From assembly GCA_963828195.1 (NCBI GenBank), contig CAWHDT010000007.1, positions 192,001-256,000 of the forward strand: a DNA stretch of 64,000 nt, given 5' to 3'. Each line of letters starts with the position of its first letter. The first letter of the stretch is position 1. Positions 1-8,307 of this stretch are shown piece by piece. This DNA is from Candidatus Bathyarchaeota archaeon (GTDB taxonomy: Archaea > Thermoproteota > Bathyarchaeia > Bathyarchaeales > Bathycorpusculaceae). A program made the position numbers and the translations under genes. The notes under the pieces are model-generated. The model did not search any database, was not told where the DNA came from, and was given only the letters and a program-made list of their open reading frames with translations.

Positions 1-198
1 ATTGATGATGTTGTTACTCGTGGAGCTACCCTGCTAGGTTGTGCAAATCGGTTGGCAGATGCTTTTCCAAAATGTCGCATACGAGCATTTGCAGCCATGC
101 GAACCATTAGCAATCCAGATGAATTTGAGAATGTTTATTCTCCATGCATTGGGACAATCGACCTATGTGGAACAGGCGACACATTTAGACGCCCATAA
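1..198 (+). CDS. Phosphoribosyltransferase-domain protein, C-terminal part (5' truncated by window)
   Basis: Not in the ORF track. Frame 1 reads IDDVVTRGATLLGCANRLADAFP...RRP*, containing the PRPP-binding motif DDVxTxGxT. Confidence 0.75.
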   Translation: MDDVVTRGATLLGCANRLADAFPKCRIRAFAAMRTISNPDEFENVYSPCIGTIDLCGTGDTFRRP

Positions 199-289
199 CC
201 TAATTTGGTTTTTTAAAAAATCATTGCTGGGTAACTTGATTTAACAGCACTCTTCTTCAGGTCATAAAGCAGGTTCTGCTTAGGGCAAG

Positions 290-712
290 TTAGGTCGTTT
301 TGGGCATGAGCACTTTGTCTATGCTGTGGATTACGCCGTTGTTGACTAGGTTGTCTTTGCTTTTGATGTTGGCGTTGTTGATTTTTGGGTTCACGTGGAG
401 GTGCCATTGGTGAGCGTCAATAGTGACCTCTTGGCCTTGAAGGGTTTTGGCGCTGGTCATTTTGCTCAGGTCGGCAACCGTATACTTTCCTTCAACGATG
501 TGGTACGAGGCAAGCGCCTTAAGTTTTACAGGGTCACTCATAAGTTTGTCATATGCGCCTTCGGGCAACTCTGAAAAGGCATAGTCTTCGGGGGCAAAAA
601 CCGTGAAGGGGCCTGGCCCTCTGAGCGTGTCAATTAGTTCTCCGTCTTGGATTGCCTTAAACAGGTTTTTGAATGAACCATCTACAAGAAGAGTATCTAT
701 AATGTCTGCCAT
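290..712 (-). CDS. Fasciclin (FAS1) domain protein
   Basis: GPFTVFAP, YHIV and NGVIHSIDKVLMP FAS1 motifs. Confidence 0.92.
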   Translation of the reverse strand: MADIIDTLLVDGSFKNLFKAIQDGELIDTLRGPGPFTVFAPEDYAFSELPEGAYDKLMSDPVKLKALASYHIVEGKYTVADLSKMTSAKTLQGQEVTIDAHQWHLHVNPKINNANIKSKDNLVNNGVIHSIDKVLMPKTT

Positions 713-819
713 TTGTTTTCAACCGCTAACTAGGTTGAGTTTTTAGGGGTTTAAATAAATTTGTGACTGCGCCGCCACAGCAACACTAATTCTTTCACGT
801 TAACTCGAGTGCAGGCATG

Positions 820-1167
820 TCAGATAATCCTGTTGATATCATAATATATGATGTATATTTCAACCTGGTCGTATATTTTCATGTATTTGTCTCGGAATGC
901 TTTGAAGTATTTTATCGCTTTCTCTTTCTCGCAGTCAGGAACATCTATTTCTATTAGATACAAAGCATCATAGTAAATTTTATCACCTGATCTATAGAAC
1001 CCTTCAACCGTCGGGCGACCTATATGAGGGGTCTTGGTATAACCTCCAAACTGCTTTTGTATATCCTCGAGCATTTTATCTATTTTTTCTGTTTCAATCT
1101 GCGCACCATTATTATAAAGAAGCGGCAGATGAACGGAGAACCTCCAAAAATACGGAGAAAGGCTCAA
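820..1167 (-). CDS. Hypothetical protein, possibly DUF3574/PII-like fold
   Basis: 115-aa AT-rich ORF with LPLxYNNG...FGGYT...EGFY...DQxEIY pattern. Confidence 0.6.
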   Translation of the reverse strand: MSLSPYFWRFSVHLPLLYNNGAQIETEKIDKMLEDIQKQFGGYTKTPHIGRPTVEGFYRSGDKIYYDALYLIEIDVPDCEKEKAIKYFKAFRDKYMKIYDQVEIYIIYYDINRII

Positions 1168-1179
1168 GAAACTTCACGC

Positions 1180-1446
1180 TTAAGGTGTAGCACCACTGGA
1201 GAAACAGGGCTTGCTTTGTTCTCTTACCTCTGGCGGAACACCTTTAACTAATTTAACTTTCTTGTATGTTATTCCTTCTCTGTCAAGTATTTTCGTTGTG
1301 CCTTTGCTTACTACGAATAATCCATCGCCTAGGTCTGCAACGAGCCTGCTGGAATGAACGTGGATAAGCTCGTTTCTTGCTTTTATTCTATCAGCGTCTT
1401 TTTCTATTTTGATGCCTTCGTAACATTCTATGCCCATAACATTCAA
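1180..1446 (-). CDS. Hypothetical protein
   Basis: 88-aa AT-rich ORF, 12 nt upstream of and co-oriented with 820..1167. Confidence 0.55.
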   Translation of the reverse strand: MNVMGIECYEGIKIEKDADRIKARNELIHVHSSRLVADLGDGLFVVSKGTTKILDREGITYKKVKLVKGVPPEVREQSKPCFSSGATP

Positions 1447-1537
1447 CTCTACTTATTGATTCTTTGCAGCGACGGACTATAATACTTTCAAGCGGTTAAA
1501 AAGTTTTGTTAATTGTTATAAAATTGTAGAGAATGAG

Positions 1538-1582
1538 GAAGAAGAAGAAAAACGATTTCTCTAGGCTTCTTCTTCTTTTGAA
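1538..1582 (+). repeat. Partial copy of dispersed multi-hairpin intergenic repeat
   Basis: 43/45 nt identical to 14074-14118. Confidence 0.85.
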
Positions 1583-1692
1583 ATAAAAAATTCCGTTGGC
1601 ATTTTGGATTTGCGGGGTTTGGGTTTAGAAAAAGTTATAGCGTAGGCATACATTAAGCCTAACTAAATCAATGTTTGGATGGTTAATGTTTC

Positions 1693-2778
1693 ATGCCTGA
1701 GATTCGTGTTGCAGTTGTCGGCGTTGGGAACAGCGCTTGTGCCCTGATTCAGGGAACCCAATATTACAAAGACGCAAAAGAAGACACCACCGTGCCCGGC
1801 TTGATGCATGTGAATTACGGCGGCTACCACATCCGCGACATCCGCTTCGTGGCGGCTTTTGAAGTTAACAAAGACAAAATCGGCAAAGACCTCTCCGAAG
1901 CCATCTGGATGAAACCAAACGTCTGCGAAAAATTCAGCGACGTACCAAACCTCGGCGTGAAAGTTTCTCCAGGCATCATCCTTGACGGCGCCGCACCTCA
2001 TATGCGGGAAACCTTCAACGTTTACGACGACAGCAAAACCACAAAGGAAAGCATCGTCCAAACCCTCAAAGACGCCAAAGCACAGGTCCTCGTCAACTAC
2101 CTCCCCGTCGGCAGCCACGACGCAGTAAGATTTTACGCTCAATGCGCCATTGACGCGGGATGCGCCCTCGTGAACTGTATGCCTGAATTCATCGGCTCAG
2201 ACAAATCGTTGGAGTGGCCCAAAAAGTTTGAGGCGGCAGGGTTGCCCGTGCTTGGCGACGACATCAAAAGCCAGGTGGGCGCGACCATTCTGCATCGGAC
2301 GCTTGTCCGCCTTTGCCTTGACCGCGGCGCCATTGTGGATGAAACTTACCAGCTTAACTTGGGCGGAGACACAGACTTCCAGAACATGACTGTTGAGAGC
2401 CGCTTAACGAGCAAGCGCATCAGCAAAACTGAAGCCGTCACCAGCCTGGTGCCCTACAATCTGCCAACCCGCATTGGACCCAGCGATTATGTGCCGTTTT
2501 TGAAAAACAAGAAGATATGTTACTTGTCGATCAAAACTCGGGCTTTTGGCGACCGACCCATAAACATCAGCGCTAAACTCGAAGTGGAAGACTCGCCTAA
2601 CAGCGCAGGCGTCGTCATCGACCTTATCCGAGCAGCAAAAATCGCGTTGGACCGCAAAATCAGCGGCACCCTCATCAGCATGCCTTCTTACGCTTTTAAG
2701 CATCCGCCGGTGCAGGTTCCTGATTCGCAGGCGCGGCAGTGGACGGAAGACTGGATCGCGGGCAAACGCGAAAGATAA
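1693..2778 (+). CDS. ino1: myo-inositol-1-phosphate synthase
   Basis: GVGNSA Rossmann motif, GDDIKSQVGAT, QLNLGGDTDF, DSPNSAG. Confidence 0.95.
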   Translation: MPEIRVAVVGVGNSACALIQGTQYYKDAKEDTTVPGLMHVNYGGYHIRDIRFVAAFEVNKDKIGKDLSEAIWMKPNVCEKFSDVPNLGVKVSPGIILDGAAPHMRETFNVYDDSKTTKESIVQTLKDAKAQVLVNYLPVGSHDAVRFYAQCAIDAGCALVNCMPEFIGSDKSLEWPKKFEAAGLPVLGDDIKSQVGATILHRTLVRLCLDRGAIVDETYQLNLGGDTDFQNMTVESRLTSKRISKTEAVTSLVPYNLPTRIGPSDYVPFLKNKKICYLSIKTRAFGDRPINISAKLEVEDSPNSAGVVIDLIRAAKIALDRKISGTLISMPSYAFKHPPVQVPDSQARQWTEDWIAGKRER

Positions 2779-2888
2779 AACCGCAGCCGCCCAAACGGCA
2801 TCTGGGAAAAACAGCGCCCAACCAGAAAGCCGCAGCCCACAAACATCCGCCCGTATCCGACAGTAACTTCAACAATGAGTCAGCATGC

Positions 2889-3017
2889 AAAGTCGCAATC
2901 CGCCCATCCCAAAGTCGCAACCCGCAAAAAGAAACAAGCCCCAAACCAAAAAAGCAACCCCGAACACAAAGACACAGAGCGGAAAGTCGCAACTTACGCC
3001 AAACCAAAAGTCGCAAC
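2889..3017 (+). repeat. Four direct copies of AAAGTCGCAA in an A/C-rich intergenic tract
   Basis: Copies start at 2889, 2911, 2983 and 3007. Confidence 0.7.
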
Positions 3018-3151
3018 TAAAATTTTTAACTTCAAAAAACCGTCTAAACCACGAAAAACAGCAGCCAAGCCAAACCCGCCTTTCTCTTTGTGAAAGCTTT
3101 TTTAAGCTTAAAAGCTAAAATGGTTATTATCATATTTGGGAGTTTGAATGC

Positions 3152-3568
3152 ATGGTTAAAGTTGAATCGTACGAAGTGCCTGAAGGTCTCTTTTTCTCCA
3201 AAGATTTTGAGTGGATAAAAATTGAAGGCGACACGGTTCGCATGGGCATAACTGACTACGCTCAGAAGTCTCTAAGAGAAATCGTTTACGCCGAATTACC
3301 AGGCGTCGGATCAGAAGTCAAGCAAGGCGAACCCTACGGAACACTGGAGTCTGTGAAGGCAGTGTCAGACCTTGTCGCAGCGATCAGCGGAACAATCCAA
3401 GAAGTCAACGAGGAAGTCCAGTCAAAACCAGAAACCATAAACGAGGACCCCTACGAAAAAGGCTGGCTGCTCAAAGTTAAACCCTCAAATCTTCAGGCAG
3501 AGCTTGCAAACCTCATGGACTTCAACAAAGCGGTCGAATGGCACAAAGCCCAAGCTCAACCAAAATAA
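3152..3568 (+). CDS. gcvH: Glycine cleavage system H protein (lipoyl carrier)
   Basis: GITDYAQ, ESVKAVS lipoyl-Lys motif, INEDPYEKGWL. Confidence 0.93.
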   Translation: MVKVESYEVPEGLFFSKDFEWIKIEGDTVRMGITDYAQKSLREIVYAELPGVGSEVKQGEPYGTLESVKAVSDLVAAISGTIQEVNEEVQSKPETINEDPYEKGWLLKVKPSNLQAELANLMDFNKAVEWHKAQAQPK

Positions 3569-3583
3569 ACAGAGGCAAAGCAG

Positions 3584-4930
3584 ATGGCGAGACGCATCAT
3601 AGTTATTGGGGCAAACGCTGCAGGCGTCGAAGCAGCATCAGCGGCACGCAAAAAAGACCGCACAGCCGAAATCACATTAATTACCCAAGAGAAAAACGCT
3701 GGTTACTCACGCTGCGGTTTACCGTTCGTGATTGGAGGGCAAATCAAAAGTTTCCACGATTTAATCGTTTATCCACCAGCCTATTTCCAAATGCTAAAAC
3801 TGAATTTGCGAAGCGAAACCAAAGCCACATCGATTAACACTAAAGAAAAAACCGTAACCGTAACAACCAAAGAGGGAACCGCCGAGGTTCTGCCGTACGA
3901 CAGCTTGGTAATTGCAACTGGCGCTGACTCGTTTATGCCGCCGATCAAAGGCAGAGAAAAACCCGGAATCCTAAGCCTCCGCGGAATAGAAGACGGCGAA
4001 AAAATAGACGCAGCAGTCAAAGCAGGCGCGAAATCAGCCGTCATCATGGGCGCGGGCTTGATCGGTTTGGAAGTGGGCGTCGGCTTAATCGAGAAAGGTT
4101 TGAAAGTTACCATCGTGGAGATGCTGCCGCAGATTCTGCCTCAGCTGCTTGATGCAGACATGGCGAAGCTTGTTCAGGATCATTTAGAGGAGAAGGGCAT
4201 GCGTATCCTCACCAGCAAAGGCGTCGAAGAATTCCTAGGCGAAACCAAAGTTACCGCGGTTATGGCTGGCGGAGAAAAAATCGAAGCAGACCTGTTCATC
4301 AGCGCTTTTGGCGTTCGAGCCAACACGAAACTCGCAGTTGACGCAGGAATACCGCTTGGCGAAACAAGGGCAATTAAGACCAATGGACGCATGGAAACCG
4401 ACATAAAAGACGTTTACGCCGTCGGCGACTGCGCTGAAGCCCCCAACCTAATCACACATCGACCCATGTGCGCTCAACTTGGCACCATCGCAGTTCGGCA
4501 GGGCAAAGTTGCAGGCGCAAACGCTGGAGGCGACTATTCTCAGTTCACAGGCATCTTGGCTTCTGCTGTGACACGGCTGTTTGAGATTGAAGCAGGCAAC
4601 ACCGGATTAACTGAAACCGCCGCTGCACGCAACCGCATTGAAGTCGTAACCGGAGCTATAGGCAGCAAGACCAAGGCAGATTATTTCCCAGGGGCCAAAC
4701 CCATCAAAATCAAGCTTGTCGTCGAAAAAGAATCCCAACGCATTATAGGCGGCCAAGTCATCGGCGGAGAAGAAGTTACGCAGCGCATAAACTGCCTCAG
4801 CTTCGCCATCCAGAAAGGCATGACCGTGCGCGAACTAGCCAAAGCAGACACAGCATACGCGCCACCGCTCTGCGAAACCTGGGAACCCATGGTTCTCGCC
4901 GCAGAAATGGTCCTTATGAAACTGCGTTAA
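3584..4930 (+). CDS. FAD-dependent pyridine nucleotide-disulfide oxidoreductase, CoA-disulfide reductase/NADH oxidase family
   Basis: N-terminal GANAAG, single-Cys YSRCGLP, GAGLIGLE, YAVGDC, C-terminal YAPP. Confidence 0.9.
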   Translation: MARRIIVIGANAAGVEAASAARKKDRTAEITLITQEKNAGYSRCGLPFVIGGQIKSFHDLIVYPPAYFQMLKLNLRSETKATSINTKEKTVTVTTKEGTAEVLPYDSLVIATGADSFMPPIKGREKPGILSLRGIEDGEKIDAAVKAGAKSAVIMGAGLIGLEVGVGLIEKGLKVTIVEMLPQILPQLLDADMAKLVQDHLEEKGMRILTSKGVEEFLGETKVTAVMAGGEKIEADLFISAFGVRANTKLAVDAGIPLGETRAIKTNGRMETDIKDVYAVGDCAEAPNLITHRPMCAQLGTIAVRQGKVAGANAGGDYSQFTGILASAVTRLFEIEAGNTGLTETAAARNRIEVVTGAIGSKTKADYFPGAKPIKIKLVVEKESQRIIGGQVIGGEEVTQRINCLSFAIQKGMTVRELAKADTAYAPPLCETWEPMVLAAEMVLMKLR

Positions 4931-4938
4931 ATCGATAA

Positions 4939-4962
4939 TTTCTTTTTTCTTTTTTTTGTTTT
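4939..4962 (+). terminator. Oligo-T archaeal terminator-like tract
   Basis: Long T-rich run immediately after the 3584..4930 stop. Confidence 0.5.
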
Positions 4963-5082
4963 AAGATTTAGTGCTTTTCCATAATTTTTTTTGCCTTCGA
5001 CGTATAAGTCTATTTCGTCACTAACTTGGCGTATCTTGTTTTTGTTTTGGCTTCATATTGGAAACCTTATTGCCGTAGGGTT

Positions 5083-6942
5083 TTAGATGAGGTAGGCTTC
5101 TGTGATGTATCTTCTTACAACCCATTGTGTCTGGAAGTAGTATGCGATTTTTGCGATGGAGTTTTTCATAAGAGTTATCCAAGCGTCTTTTTGCCTGTTG
5201 AATGTTGGCGCGATTAGGTATTCGAGTTTGCTGTAGAGGTCTTGAAGTTCCAATTCTCTTCGTTCTTTCTCAAGCAGCAGCTCTCCAGGGTGTGGACCTA
5301 TTGCCCATCCGGTTACACCTTCGATGCAGCCCTCCATCCACCAACCGTCCAGGACACTAAAGTTCACGACGCCGTTGTGGGCAGCTTTCATGCCGCTGGT
5401 TCCTGAAGCCTCAAAAGGCGGCAAAGGAGTGTTAAGCCAGACATCAACGCCCGAAGTAAGTTTAGCTGCACTATCCATGTTATAGTTCTCTATGTAAACT
5501 ATGCTTACTTGACCTTTCAATGCGTTCGCGTAGTCGTGAATTTGCTTGATGAGCCGTTTGCCGTCGATGTCGTTTGGATGCGCTTTTCCAGCAAATATCA
5601 TCTGGATTTTTTCTTTCCGATTTATGTCTATTAGCCTATGCAGGTCGGAGAAAATCAATGTTGAACGTTTGTATCCAGTGGCTCTTCTGGCGAAGCCTAA
5701 GGTGAGGACTTGCGGATCCAGTTGTACCCCGTTGGTTTTTTCAACGAAGGCAAGCAGGTCTGTTTTTGCTTTTGTGTGGGCGTCCCAAACTTCCCGGTTG
5801 GGAATTTCGCTGGCTTTGGCAAGAAGGATAGGTTCGTTTGTCCATCCTGGAATGTATTTGTCAAATAGCTGCCTGAAGTGCAGACAAGTCCATGTTGACG
5901 AGTGGACCCCGTTTGTGACGGCTCGTATATAGCGTCCTGGAAAAAGTTTTCTGGAGTAATCTACATGCGCTTCAGAGACGCCGTTGATGTATTTGCTTAA
6001 ATTTAGCGCTAAAAGAGCCATGTTCAGGTTTTCTTTTCCTGCATACTGCTCCATATCAGAGAGCGGGTATTCCTTTCCGAGCATTTGCTGCACAAGGTCA
6101 TAAGTGAATTGGTCGAATGCGGCTTCCACCGGGCTATGTGTAGTGAAAACGCAGAGGTTTCGGACTTTTTCCGCATCCATGCCGTTCTCTTTTAGCAGTT
6201 CAAGAGTCAGCAGGCTCGAGTGACCTTCGTTCATGTGGTACTTTCGGATTTTGAAGGGAAGAGTTTTTAAAACTTTGGTGCCGCCTATCCCTAAAACGAT
6301 CTCTTGCTTAAGCCTGTAGCTTCTGTCACCGCCATACAGTGAATCTGTTATTCTTCGGTCTTCAGGAGCATTTTCTTCGAGGTCAGTGTCTAAAAACAGT
6401 ATTGGCACCGTGCCGCCTGTCATGCTCTGGTACTCGTTGAGCCAAGCTTGCACTTTAACGGGGCGTCCTTCAATAGTTACGGTGACTGTGCTTGGCATGA
6501 GGCTTAAGGTTTCAGCCGGGTTCCATTCGTCTGGAAACTCCTGCTGCTCTCCTTGCGCGGTTATTTTTTGCCTGAAATAGCCTTTCCTGCTTACAAGGGT
6601 GATGGCAACCATTTGAAGGCGCAGGTCGGCGCTGGACTTCACGATGTCGCCTGCTAAGACGCCTAAGCCGCCGCTGTAAGTTGGCATTTTGCTTGATACG
6701 CCGATTTCCATGGAGAAATATGCGATTCGGGGGTCTTCAAAGAAATGGTGTCGGCAGTTTTCGCTGCAAAAACAGTATTTTTTGCCGGCGAAGCTTTCGC
6801 ATGTTCCCTCGATTCTTGCGGCTGAGTTCTCTGCGTCAATCTGAATTCCGCATACGGGGCATCTCAATAACGCACGATTATTATAAAACACGGGGTTATC
6901 CAAGCTGGCACCACAGAAGAAAACCCATCGTTCTACATTCAT
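5083..6942 (-). CDS. glgP: Alpha-glucan (glycogen/maltodextrin) phosphorylase with N-terminal YHS/TRASH domain; start may be TTG at 6867
   Basis: YFSMEIG, YSGGLGVLAGD, HMNEGH, FARRATGYKR, PLP motif EASGTSGMKAAHNG; N-terminal CPVC...YCFCSENC. Confidence 0.92.
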   Translation of the reverse strand: MNVERWVFFCGASLDNPVFYNNRALLRCPVCGIQIDAENSAARIEGTCESFAGKKYCFCSENCRHHFFEDPRIAYFSMEIGVSSKMPTYSGGLGVLAGDIVKSSADLRLQMVAITLVSRKGYFRQKITAQGEQQEFPDEWNPAETLSLMPSTVTVTIEGRPVKVQAWLNEYQSMTGGTVPILFLDTDLEENAPEDRRITDSLYGGDRSYRLKQEIVLGIGGTKVLKTLPFKIRKYHMNEGHSSLLTLELLKENGMDAEKVRNLCVFTTHSPVEAAFDQFTYDLVQQMLGKEYPLSDMEQYAGKENLNMALLALNLSKYINGVSEAHVDYSRKLFPGRYIRAVTNGVHSSTWTCLHFRQLFDKYIPGWTNEPILLAKASEIPNREVWDAHTKAKTDLLAFVEKTNGVQLDPQVLTLGFARRATGYKRSTLIFSDLHRLIDINRKEKIQMIFAGKAHPNDIDGKRLIKQIHDYANALKGQVSIVYIENYNMDSAAKLTSGVDVWLNTPLPPFEASGTSGMKAAHNGVVNFSVLDGWWMEGCIEGVTGWAIGPHPGELLLEKERRELELQDLYSKLEYLIAPTFNRQKDAWITLMKNSIAKIAYYFQTQWVVRRYITEAYLI

Positions 6943-7034
6943 ATATGTGTATTGCTATGAAGCGAGCGGACACACGGCACCCTCTTTTATAATTCTTGCC
7001 ATTGAGGCGGCGGCAACCTTTTCCTTTTTTGTTA

Positions 7035-7493
7035 TTATCCTGTTTGGGATGTTTCCGGCTGGGTGAATGGCTCAGTCATGCCCACGATGAGTTTGCCGAA
7101 AGTGTTAATGTGGTTTTCTTCTTCCGCCAAAATTTCCTCCAGCATCCGCCTCGTCGTGTAGTCGCCTTCTTCAGCGGCAGCCTGAATTGCCTCTTTATAG
7201 AGGTTGATGGCGTCTTCCTCGTCCCGTTCGTCTTGGGTGAGCATTTCGATGAGGCTGCCTCTGACAAAAATCGGGTCAGGTTTAGTTGTGGCTACGCCGT
7301 TGAGGTAGTCTAAGCGCTCTGCGAGGCGTTCGGCATGTTTCATTTCGGCGATGGCTGTCTTGCGGAAAACATCTTCCACGGCGGCGCCGTCGATGCCAGT
7401 AACTTGAACGTGCTGCCACATGTACTGAATGCTAACTTGAAGTTCACGGGCTATGCCCTTGTTCAAAAATTCCAAAAGCTTATCAGAAACCAA
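7035..7493 (-). CDS. Ferritin-like / bacterioferritin-family diiron protein
   Basis: RELQVSIQY, EMKHAERLAER, EEDAINLY, EEENH; TTG start at 7493 behind an AGGTGA SD (ORF open to 7547). Confidence 0.88.
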   Translation of the reverse strand: MVSDKLLEFLNKGIARELQVSIQYMWQHVQVTGIDGAAVEDVFRKTAIAEMKHAERLAERLDYLNGVATTKPDPIFVRGSLIEMLTQDERDEEDAINLYKEAIQAAAEEGDYTTRRMLEEILAEEENHINTFGKLIVGMTEPFTQPETSQTG

Positions 7494-7630
7494 AACGTAT
7501 TCACCTACAAAAATTAAGGTCAGCTTAGTATATAAATCAAGTTCCAAACGAATATCTGCCCTTCAGCTAAGAAGGTACTGTCTTCTTTCGGGGGTTTTGC
7601 CCTGATGTTTTGGTTATGCCTTTACTGATT

Positions 7631-7764
7631 GTTTTTTGTGGCTATTTTTATTACCAATTTTCAATTTTGAAAGAACAACAACACCCGGAAAACAACTGTT
7701 GTTCTTCTTCTTGGCAAAATTATTCAAAAGAAGAAGAACTTGGTGAAAGTTTTTTTCTTCTTCT
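7631..7764 (-). repeat. Full copy of dispersed multi-hairpin intergenic repeat
   Basis: Reverse complement aligns closely with 14074-14208. Confidence 0.9.
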
Positions 7765-7968
7765 GTCCTACCATATTTACAATGGATTTTTGGTGTAAAT
7801 ACTAGACCTCCCCATAGGGTAGGCTGGCCAGATTCAGGGCTTAATTCAAGTTGATTTTTTGGGTTTAGGACATGAATTTTGCAGGTTGAGGAGGACAGTA
7901 AGTACCCAAAAGCGATGAAGAGAGAACAAAATTCTAATATCAAACAAACGCAATGCTTAATCCAAACA

Positions 7969-7977
7969 GCTTAAATC
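7969..7977 (+). promoter_or_regulatory. TATA-box candidate for tRNA-Val
   Basis: CTTAAAT about 26-31 nt upstream of the tRNA start. Confidence 0.5.
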
Positions 7978-8001
7978 AAACATCACACAAGCAAACTGTG
8001 C

Positions 8002-8076
8002 GGGCCGGTCGTCTAGCCTGGTTAGGACGTTGGCTTTACACGCCAAAGGTCGCCGGTTCAAGTCCGGCTCGGCCCA
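8002..8076 (+). tRNA. tRNA-Val(TAC), no intron, CCA not encoded
   Basis: Acceptor stem GGGCCGG/TCGGCCC, anticodon arm TTGGC-TTTACAC-GCCAA, T-loop GGTTCAAGTCC. Confidence 0.96.
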
Positions 8077-8307
8077 CTTTAGACCCCCCCCTTAATGGTC
8101 CGAATCTAATTAGCTATGTCATCAGGGTTAAAGAGCATCGTTGTATTGTTTCTTTGAGCGGAGTATCCTTCGTGCATTGCCGTGATTGCTATGTTTTAAA
8201 ATGCGTTGGCAACAATTCAGTTTCACAAAGCGGGCAAAACTACAAAGCAGGTTAATCGATAAGCGCAGTCAATCTTGTTGGGTACATTTTGTTTGTGTCA
8301 ATAAATC

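Noticed and set aside
2739-3118. Lys/Pro/Gln-rich ORFs in all three + frames; possible CRISPR or histone-like gene
   Set aside because: Open frames arise from the T-poor composition, and 10-bp repeats with irregular spacing do not fit a CRISPR array.
7614-7943. ORF sharing LLLLNNFAKKKNNSCF with ORF 14015..14305
   Set aside because: The shared peptide is only the translation of the palindromic DNA repeat; the ORFs are unrelated outside it.
7953-8255. 100-aa ORF
   Set aside because: Overlaps tRNA-Val; spurious.
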